Source: Callorhinchus milii (Eukaryota). Taken from it: 64,000 nucleotides of DNA. Of the stretch, positions 55,424 to 64,000 are shown piece after piece. The stretch spans positions 63,490,001 through 63,554,000 of the forward strand of contig NW_024704742.1 of assembly GCF_018977255.1 (NCBI RefSeq), written 5' to 3'. The notes under the pieces were generated by a model. That model saw only the letters and a list, made by a program, of their open reading frames with translations. It made no database searches and was not told where the DNA came from. The position numbers were made by a program, and so were the translations under genes. Every line of letters begins with the position of its first letter. Position 1 is the first letter of the stretch.

Positions 55424-57450
55424 AGCCTAACGGTCCACCGACAAATCTGGCTGGACCTCCTCAAAATCTACCGCTCCACTCTAGCCTCGGCCAAGTCGTC
55501 CTTCTATTCCAGGATAATCCTGGAGGCGAAGAACAGCCCCAGGCTTCTGTTCTCCACCACACCCCGACTCCTCCGTCCCCCCCGCCACCCCGCGCAGGTC
55601 ATCTCCTCCAACCTTCACTGCGAGGAGATGCTGGATTTCCTTGAATCCAAAATCAAGGGAATCCGCTCCGTGGTCACTGCCTCTCCAACTTCCACCCACC
55701 CCCCAACCCCTTCATTCCCACACTCCGACTCCTACCCATCCTCCCCTACAGACCTTCGAACCCGTTCCCCACCCTCTGTCACCAACCTCATCCTGTCCCT
55801 GAAATCCACCACCTGCTCCCTTGACCCCATCCCCACTCCACTCCTTATCTCTCAGCTCCACCTCCTTGTCCCACTTCTCACAGACATCATCAACCTGTCC
55901 CTCTCCTCTGGCTCTGTTCCCATTCCCCTAAAAACTGCCACCATCACTCCCACTTTGAAAAATCCCTCCCTTGATGCATCGCAGCTATCAAGCTACCGGT
56001 CCATCTCCAACCTTCCCTTCCTGTCCAAGGTCCTTGAAAGAGTTGTCGCCTCCCAACTGCGCTCTTTCCTCTCCACCCATTCATTATTCGAACCCTTCCA
56101 GTCGGGTTTCCGTGCTGCCCATAGCACAGAAACTGCTCTGGTCAAGGTCACCAATGACATCTTGACCAACTGCGACCAGGGCTCCCTCTGCCTCTTCGTC
56201 CTATCGGCCGCATTCGATACGGTCGACCACACTATCCTCCTCCACCTCTTATCCTCCCACCTCAACCTTCAAGGCCCTGTCCTTGAGTGGTTTAGGTCGT
56301 ACATCTCCCACCGTCTTCATTTTGTTTCCACAAACGGCTTTTCCTCCACCCCCGCCCTGTCTTGTGCGGTGTCCCTCAGGGCTCTGTCCTCAGTCCCCTC
56401 CTCTTCACCCTCTATATGCTCCCCTTGGTGACATCATCCGCAGACATGGGGTTAACTTCCACATGTATGCGGATGACACCCAACTCTACCTTTCCTCCTC
56501 TACCCTCAACTCCACGACCACCGATGTCCTGACAGCTGCCTGTCCGACATCGAGTCCTGGACGAGAGACAACTTTCTTCAGCTCAACGTGCGCAAAACCG
56601 AGGCCCTCCTGATTGGCTCACGTCAGCGCCTCCGCACCTCAGGCGCTGACACCATCAGCATCCAAGGCTGCACTCTCCACCTCTCAAAGCCAGTCAGGAA
56701 CCTCGGGGTTCTGTTCGACCCTGAGCTGTCCTTTCTCCCTCATATCCGCGCCACAACTGGCACCGCCTTCCATCACCTCCGGAACATCGCCAGACTACGG
56801 CACTACCTCACCCCTCACGCTGCTGAAACTCTGGTCCACGCCTTTATCACCTCAAGGCTGGACTATGGGAACTCTCTCCTCGCCGGCCTTCCCGCACCTC
56901 CCTCCACACTGCAGGTCATTCAGAACTCTGCAGCTCGTGTACTGTCCCGCACCAGGCTCGCGACCACATCACTCCCACCCTCGCTCGCCTCCACTGGCTC
57001 CCCATCCCCCAGAGGATCGAATTCAAGATCCTCATCCTCACCTACAAGGCCATTCACGGCCTCGCTCCCTCCTACCTCTCCGACCTACTATCCCCTACTT
57101 ACCTGCCCGTACCCTCCGTTCCTCTGGCTCCGGTCTGCTCCACATCCCCCGCCCCAACCGCCCTACCATCGGTGGCCGGGCCTTCAGCCTCTCAGCCCCG
57201 AGGCTCTGGAACTCTATCCCCCAGTGCCTTCGCCGCCTCCTCCCTTTCCTCCTTCAAGGCCGGTCTCAAGACCTTTCTCTTTGACCGTGCCTTCAGCTCC
57301 CCTCTCGACTACCTCCTCGCTCCCTCCCTTCCCTCCCCTCACCCTGACCATTTCCCCCCCAATGCTCGGGCCCCGACCCAACTGTACAGCGCCTTGGGAC
57401 GTCTCCCGACGTGAAAGGCGCTCTATAAATGATATCTTGTTGTTGTTGTT
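55424..57450 (+). mobile_element. 5'-truncated L2-clade LINE with reverse transcriptase region (frameshifted) and intact 3' tail
   Basis: Motifs YRSISNLPFLSKVLERVV, QSGFRAAHSTETAL, SAAFDTVDH, HMYADDTQLY, HAFITSRLDYGN; 3' stem-loop followed by (TTG)n. Confidence 0.93.
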
Positions 57451-57566
57451 CCCCACCCTCCACCCATTCTGGTCACAACCACCAGCTTAACTGCGAATCC
57501 CTGACTGTCCAGGGTCTTGGAATGTCCTCCTGACATGAAAGGCACTATACAAATCTAATTTGTTGT

Positions 57567-58502
57567 TGATTGGTCCCTGTGGCGGAGCTGTGTGATTGGT
57601 CCCTGTGGCGGAGCCGGTCTGATTGGTCCCTGTGGCGGAGCCGGTCTGATTGGTCCCTGTGGCGGATCTGGTGTGATTGGTCCCTGTGGCGGAGCTGGTG
57701 TGATTGGTCCCTGTGGCGGAGCTGTGTGATTGGTCCCTGTGGCGGAGCTGGTGTGAACGGTCCCTATGGCGGAGCTATGAGAAAGGTCCCTGTGGCGGAG
57801 CTGTGTGAATGGTCCCTGTGGCGGAGCTGTGTGATTGGTCCCTGTGGCGGAGCTGTGTGATTGGTCCCTGTGGCGGAGCTGTGTGATTGGTCCCTTTGGC
57901 GGAGCTGGTGTGATTGGTCCCTGTGGCGGAGCTGTATGAATGGTCCCTGTGGCGGAGCTGTGTGATTGGTCCCTGTGGTGGAGCTGTGTGATTGGTCCCT
58001 GTGGCGGAGCTGTATGAATGGTCCCTGTGGCGGAGCTGTGTGATTGGTCCCTGTGGCGGAGCTGTGTGATTGGTCCCTGTGGCGGAGCTGTGTGATTGGT
58101 CCCTGTGGCGGAGCTGTGTGATGGTCCCTGTGGCGGAGCTGTTGATGGTCCCTGTGGCGGAGCTGTGTGATTGGTCCCTGTGGCGGAGCTGTGTGATTGG
58201 TCCCTGTGGCGGAGCTGTGTGATTGGTCCCTGTGGCGGAGCTGTGTGATTGGTCCCTGTGGCGGAGCTGTGTGATTGGTCCCTGTGGCGGAGCTGTGTGA
58301 TTGGTCCCTGTGGCGGAGCTGTGTGATTGGTCCCTGTGGCGGAGCTGTGTGATTGGTCCCTGTGGCGGAGCTGTGTGATTGGTCCCTGTGGCGGAGCTGT
58401 GTGATTGGTCCCTGTGGCGGAGCTGTGTGATTGGTCCCTGTGGCGGAGCTGTGTGATTGGTCCCTGTGGCGGAGCTGTGTGATTGGTCCCTGTGGCGGAG
58501 CT
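57567..58502 (+). repeat. 26-bp minisatellite (GATTGGTCCCTGTGGCGGAGCTGTGT)n, ~36 copies, at the HPF1 promoter position
   Basis: Directly visible tandem unit; ends ~46 bp before the HPF1 ATG. Confidence 0.97.
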
Positions 58503-58548
58503 GAGCTGTTGTGCTGAGTCGGGAGCTGCGGTTTGGGCCACTTTGTCA

Positions 58549-58593
58549 ATGGGGGGACGCGGGAAAAGGAAAGCGGCGTTTAAACGCGGAGAG
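58549..58593 (+). CDS. HPF1: Histone PARylation factor 1, coding exon 1 (MGGRGKRKAAFKRGE); absent from ORF track
   Basis: ATG at 58549; basic N-terminus resembles human MVGGGGKRR; donor GAG|GTAACT in phase 0 matches the phase-0 acceptor at 61051. Confidence 0.8.
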
Positions 58594-58625
58594 GTAACTC
58601 CATCAAAACAACACACAGACTGATT

Positions 58626-59493
58626 GCCTGGTTTCTGCTTTATTTGCTGGGTGTCTGGGTGCCTGGTTTGCTGGGTGCCTGGTTTGCTGGGTGTCTGGGT
58701 GTCTGGTTTGCTGGGTGTCTGGGTGTCTGGTTTGCTGGGTGTCTGGGTGCCTGGTTTGCTGGGTGTCTGGGTGCCTGGTTTGCTGGGTGTCTGGGTGCCT
58801 GGTTTGCTGGGTGTCTGGGTGTCTGGTTTGCTGGGTGTCTGGGTGCCTGGTTTGCTGGGTGTCTGGGTGCCTGGTTTGCTGGGTGTCTGGGTGGTGCCTG
58901 GTTTGCTGGGTGTCTGGGTGTCTGGTTTGCTGGGTGTCTGGGTGCCTGGTTTGCTGGGTGTCTGGGTGCCTGGTTTGCTGGGTGTCTGGGTGCCTGGTTT
59001 GCTGGGTGCCTGGTTTGCTGGGTGTCTGGGTGCCTGGTTTGCTGGGTGTCTGGGTGCCTGGTTTGCTGGGTGTCTGGGTGCCTGGTTTGCTGGGTGTCTG
59101 GGTGCCTGGTTTGCTGGGTGTCTGGGTGCCTGGTTTGCTGGGTGTCTGGGTGCCTGGTTTGCTGGGTGTCTGGTTTGCTGGGTGTCTGGGTGCCTGGTTT
59201 GCTGGGTGTCTGGGTGCCTGGTTTGCTGGGTGTCTGGGTGCCTGGTTTGCTGGGTGTCTGGGTGCCTGGGTGCCTGGTTTGCTGGGTGTCTGGGTGCCTG
59301 GTTTGCTGGGTGCCTGGTTTGCTGGGTGTCTGGGTGCCTGGTTTGCTGGGTGTCTGGGTGCCTGGTTTGCTGGGTGTCTGGTTTGCTGGGTGTCTGGGTG
59401 CCTGGTTTGCTGGGTGTCTGGGTGCCTGGTTTGCTGGGTGTCTGGTTTGCTGGGTGTCTGGGTGCCTGGTTTGCTGGGTGTCTGGGTGTCTGG
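58626..59493 (+). repeat. 24-bp minisatellite (CTGGTTTG CTGGGTGT CTGGGTGC)n built from 8-bp subunits, HPF1 intron 1
   Basis: Directly visible; 16- and 24-bp unit variants occur. Confidence 0.97.
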
Positions 59494-61050
59494 TCACTCT
59501 CTCGCTGCTGTGTCTCTGGTGCAGTGATCAGGCGGTGTCGGTGTCGCTGCTGTTGGTGTAGCGGCTGCGGTTGGATTCCCTTGTGATACACTGTGTTCCT
59601 GGTGAATCCGCTGCTGATCATTGTCTGTGCAGAGAAACTCCAGTGTTTGAGGCTAAAAGCTGCGAAACCAGAGGGTTTTTGCAATAACAAAAACCATTGC
59701 CGCCGAGAGAGATGCTGTTTGACAAGGCCTCGCCTGATTTTGCTGAGCTCCTCTGTGTGTGTGTGTATATGTGTGTGTTTTGAGGCCTTTCCTTCTCTCT
59801 TCTCTCAAGTGGAGCAAAATATGATAATAATGATAATAATCCTTGAGCTCCTCTGTGTGTGTGTGTGTGTGTGTGTAATTTTTGGCCCTGCCTTTGGTTT
59901 GCTGTTCTCTCAAATCGTGCAAAATATGATGTTACTAATCCTTCCAATTGATGATAATAATAATAATAATAATCCTTGGATTTGATATAACACCTGATCA
60001 CATCGTCGAGACGTCTCAAAGCACTTCACGGGATATACTGTAAAATGGATCAACTGTATTCTGTGGGTGAAAAATGCACGACCCTCCCCCTCCCACACCG
60101 CTCAACACTTCGCTGCCTGTGGGGTTCTTGCAGCATTTATCTAACAAGACTGCTAAAAACAAACAATTCATATCTTAGGCTTCAGCACTGGTTTCACCGT
60201 GGCCACGAGTTTTGCATTTCAAATGCTAAAAACTCTGTTACACACAGTCACAGGCGGTGCGTAATGCAGTGACTGTATCTTTACTACTATTTTTGGAAGA
60301 ATTGATCCGTGTTGACATTGTGGATCGGAACACAATAGAGGCTTCTGTTTATTATAATAATAATAATAAACCTTGCATTTGATATAATGCCTTATCATGC
60401 CGTTGAGCCGTCTCAAAGTGCTTTGCAGGACATACTGTAAAGTGAATTGACTGTATTTTATGGGGGAACTCAGTTGCCGGAGGTGCCATCCTTTGGATGG
60501 AATATTTAAGCCGAGATATGATCTGCCTGTTCAGTTGAAAGTTAAAGACCTGTGAAACTAAAATAGAAGGGAGATCCTGCATTTGTCCCAGCCAATAATC
60601 CTTCAGATTGTTGTTTTTATGTTATAGATGCATTTGCACGTTATAGAACATAAGAAATAATAATAATAATCCTTGCATTTGATATAGCGCTTTTTACATC
60701 TTCTCGACGTCTCAAAGCGCTTCACAGAATATACTGTAAAGTGAATTGACCGTATATTTGTGGGCGAAACGCGGCAGCCAATTGCGCACAGTAGTGTCCC
60801 ACAAACAGTCGTGGATTAAAAATGATCAATTTATTATTGTTTTTGTTTTGATCTAGCCCCTTATTATGTTAAATGATAGATGAAAGAAGACCAAGCTCCA
60901 TCCAGTTCACCTTCCACCATCCTGGCAGTCACTTGCACGTCATGTCATGTACCAAACTATATACTGTATCCCACAATGTTATTCTAGATGCTTTATCAAA
61001 TGCAGTTTATTATTATTATTAATAATGTTTGCATTCCTCTTTGTCCTCAG

Positions 61051-61213
61051 TCTGTGAAGCCAGGCGATGATGCTAAGAAAAAGCGACCAGAGAAGGCTAC
61101 CTTCCCTGAGGAAATAAGAAAAGAGATTCACAGTCTCTACAAGCTCCCGATGCCTGAAGATTTTTATCACTTCTGGAAATTCTGTGAGGACTTGAATCCT
61201 GAGGATCCTTGTG
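61051..61213 (+). CDS. HPF1: HPF1 exon 2
   Basis: tcctcag|SVKPGDDAKKKRPEKATFPEEIRKEIHSLYKLPMPEDFYHFWKFCEDLNPEDPC; PEDFYHFWKFCE is an HPF1 signature; donor G|GTGTGT in phase 1. Confidence 0.92.
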
Positions 61214-61441
61214 GTGTGTTATTAACCCGTCTTGTGTAGCACTCACAGTGCCCAGTGCACCCATTATGCCTTTTAACGTGGAATGGCTCAAAAAAAAATG
61301 TATATCAACACTAGAAAAATGATGCAGCCATCAACCTCCATTAAGAGGATGATTTGGGTTATTAAGAATGTTACATTAAAAATCTCATGGTATTATTCGA
61401 AGAGAGAAGGGGATTATCCCCAGGGGCCTGGCCAACAGATC

Positions 61442-61858
61442 GTCAGTCTGGCTCAATGGTGGATCTCTCGCCTCTGGGTCAGAAGGTGGTGAGTTCAAGC
61501 CCTTTGAATCTTTGGACTTTGAACTCCCGTAATCCAGTCTGGCACCACAATGCAGTGCTGAGGGTGTGCTACATTGTTGGAGGTACAATCCTTGGGGTGA
61601 GATGTTAAACCAGAGTCCTGACTGCCTGTTTAGGTGGACTTTTCAAAATGTCACTGTTCAAAAAAAGTTTTCCCCCCAGTGCCCTGCCAACAATCCCCAA
61701 ATAAAATTGGTCATTCACTTCATGGCTGTTTGTGGGATATCGGTTGCCGCGTTTGCCTACAAAGCACACAGTCACTGCACTTTACAGTAAATTCTGTGAA
61801 GCACTTTGAGACATCTTCCAGACTTGAAAGGTTCTATATCAAATGTAAGGATTATTAT
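61442..61858 (+). mobile_element. Deu-domain SINE (family B) in HPF1 intron 2
   Basis: Head, Deu-like core and tail. Confidence 0.8.
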
Positions 61859-62048
61859 TTTGAACAGCCACGAAGTGAATGACCATTGTATAATAGTAAT
61901 CATCATTATCCTTGCATTTAATGTAGCACCTTATAACGTCACCAAGATGCCTTTCCATTGAAAGCACTTATCTAGCGAGCTTCCTGCTGCTCGTCCAGTC
62001 AGAACAGCCTCAGCTGTTGGAGCTTTGGCTTTCAAGGTTAACTGGAGC

Positions 62049-62364
62049 TAATAATAATAATAATAATCCTTGCATTTGATATAGCGCTTTTCACGTCGGG
62101 AGGACGTCCCAAAGCGCTTCACAGAATATACTGTAAAGTGAATTGACTGTATATTTGTGGGCGAACGCGGCAGCCAATTGCGCACAGCAATGTCTCACAA
62201 ACAGTCGTGGATTGAAAATGACCAATTTATTATTGTTTTGGAGGGATTATTATTAGGCTCTGTGTGGAGTAAGGAAACTTGCCCAAGGTTTCGCGCTGCC
62301 TGGAATTGAACTCAGGTCTCTCACTTGCAAAGCGAGTGCTCTAACCACTGAGCTACAGGACTCC
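62049..62364 (-). mobile_element. SINE family A, short form (young)
   Basis: Full-length, CpGs largely retained. Confidence 0.9.
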
Positions 62365-62963
62365 AAAGCTAAGCGGGAAGAATGTCTTCCCCCAGTGTAG
62401 TCTACCCCTACAATTCCTACTGACAGGCAAGCCGGGCTGGCTGCTCTGACATCATTGGTGCATTGGAGTACTGCACACCCGCCCAGATCACAACCCAGAT
62501 TGCCGAGATCGCCGCAGAGAGTTGACTTGAATCTGACATTCCACGACCAAGTATGTCGCCCTGGAGCCACTGCAGCTCCAAGGAGTTCCCTTTCTTTCCC
62601 TCTCCTTCATCCCAAGGAGGATTGTTTTACAATGTTCACACTGTAGGTCACATCCTGTTCAGCACACAAGGTTTGTGCATCCAGATAAATTGCTTGTTAT
62701 TAGTCGATAATAATCGGTTGTTAGTCGATTGGCAGATTGTTTTTCTTGGGGTAAAAAAATCTCTTCATAACTAAATAAATAATTTGGTCATTCAGTTCAC
62801 GACTGTTTGTGGGACGCTGCTTTGCGCAATTGGCTGCTGTGTTTCGCCCACAAAATATACATTAATCTACATTACAGTACATTCTGTGAAACGCTGCGAG
62901 ACGTCTGAACGACGTGATCAGGTGCTATATCAAGTGCAAGCATTATTATGTTTTTTTAAATAG

Positions 62964-63150
62964 AGGCTTTGAAGTCGAGCCTTGGGCTGCAGCTCGTTGG
63001 GCCTTATGATATCTTGGCAGGAAAACATAAAAGGACAAAAAACTCCGACCTAAACTATCATCTTCATTGGAGACACTTCTACGATCCACCAGAATTCCAG
63101 ACCGTCCTCATTGGTGATTCTGTCACGCAATTTCACCTCGGCTACTTCAG
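62964..63150 (+). CDS. HPF1: HPF1 exon 3
   Basis: aaatag|(E)[22 protein letters not shown]...[28 protein letters not shown]; donor AG|GTAATT in phase 2. Confidence 0.95.
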
Positions 63151-63264
63151 GTAATTGCAGCACACATTAAATATCAGGCGCGTTTAACCCTTTACTTAAC
63201 GTTCTGAACCATTCCGCCTAAGCCATTAAGGTCTCAGTAACCGCCCTGTATGTGGTGTTTGCAG

Positions 63265-63363
63265 GGATGTTCCAGATGAATTGCCAGTGTTCATAGGTGC
63301 CAATGAGGCAAAGAAGGGCTGCTCAGTTGTTCAGCTGGGAGACAATTTGTTTAGTGCAGTGAA
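63265..63363 (+). CDS. HPF1: HPF1 exon 4
   Basis: ttgcag|(R)[32 protein letters not shown]; donor AA|GTAAGT; 99 nt, phase 2-2. Confidence 0.93.
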
Positions 63364-63867
63364 GTAAGTTTTCTTTATGTGATTTGCCTTTTTTTAAATA
63401 TGTAGAGAGAAGCAAGTGGATGTGAAGTGATATATATACCAATTGTGGATGGATTACGACAATTTGTAGTGCAAGTTGTTGAGAAGTTTATAACTGGTAT
63501 TAACTAGGGTGTTCACTAAATTACTGACAAATGGGCAAGGAGTAAATAAATGTCATTAGATTCCAAATTGTATTATTTTTCAGCAATATTTTGAAAGGTC
63601 ACAATAGAAAATGTCTTTGCTCTGTTCAATTTCGGCAGAGTTTAATACAAACCCAAGTTTATGTTGTAAAGCACTTTTGCATTAGCACTGTTTCCCTTGT
63701 TGGAATTTGATACAATTTCTGTCGTTTTTCCTTTTTCTGGGTTTTGAATGAAAATTGCAATCGCACGTTTCTCAGTTTTGGCATTTTCTCTCTTTCTCTT
63801 CCTTCTCCTCCTCACCACCCACCCTGCCCCCCCCCCCCCACCCCCCAAAAAAACAACTTGTTCTCAG

Positions 63868-64000
63868 ACTCTTGTTGTCTAAGAGACTAAAGGAGATGAG
63901 CAATAAAAAAGAGATCCGTGTTTTGAAAGACCTTGATGCCCAGTTGATCGCATTAGCGGCAAAATTAGATTATTCTCTGGACCAAAGAACTAAAGAGATG
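63868..64000 (+). CDS. HPF1: HPF1 exon 5 (truncated by window end)
   Basis: ttctcag|(K)LLLSKRLKEMSNKKEIRVLKDLDAQLIALAAKLDYSLDQRTKEM; aligns by eye with human KLFLTKKLRE...LGYSLEQRTVKM. Confidence 0.9.

Noticed and set aside
55241..57490. Functional reverse transcriptase gene (retron-like or domesticated)
   Set aside because: 5'-truncated, frameshifted L2 ORF2 ending in the standard L2 tail; no endonuclease region.
57567..58502. CRISPR-like array
   Set aside because: Units are contiguous with no unique spacers, there are no cas genes, and the context is vertebrate; it is a minisatellite.
57555..59690. 711-aa ORF and overlapping 260-320-aa ORFs
   Set aside because: Stop-free translations of two tandem repeats, open in several frames on both strands and overlapping HPF1 exon 1.

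Overview
Vertebrate genomic DNA, most likely a cartilaginous fish (shark or chimaera); this is inferred from the repeat complement, not proven. Two protein-coding genes are arranged head-to-head about 20.6 kb apart. MFAP3L is on the minus strand (coding exons 36539-36266 and 23116-22128, 420 aa, plus a probable non-coding first exon near 37.8 kb). The 5' part of HPF1 is on the plus strand (five coding exons from 58549 to the window end, 209 codons). The rest is dense in retroposons: L2 and CR1 LINE fragments, a tRNA(Ala)-like-headed SINE and a Deu-domain SINE that share an L2-type 3' tail, Tc1/mariner and hAT MITEs, and a Penelope-like inverted repeat. Most entries in the ORF track are spurious or come from repeats. 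The most unusual signals are: (1) the region directly upstream of HPF1 is a ~36-copy 26-bp minisatellite whose unit carries a CCAAT box and a GC-box-like motif; (2) the 3' stem-loop shared by L2 and the SINEs shows compensatory base changes; (3) a Penelope-like palindrome carries two degenerate hammerhead-like cores; (4) a four-level transposon nest; (5) a 7-aa coding repeat in the MFAP3L tail. Repeat boundaries were read by eye and are approximate.
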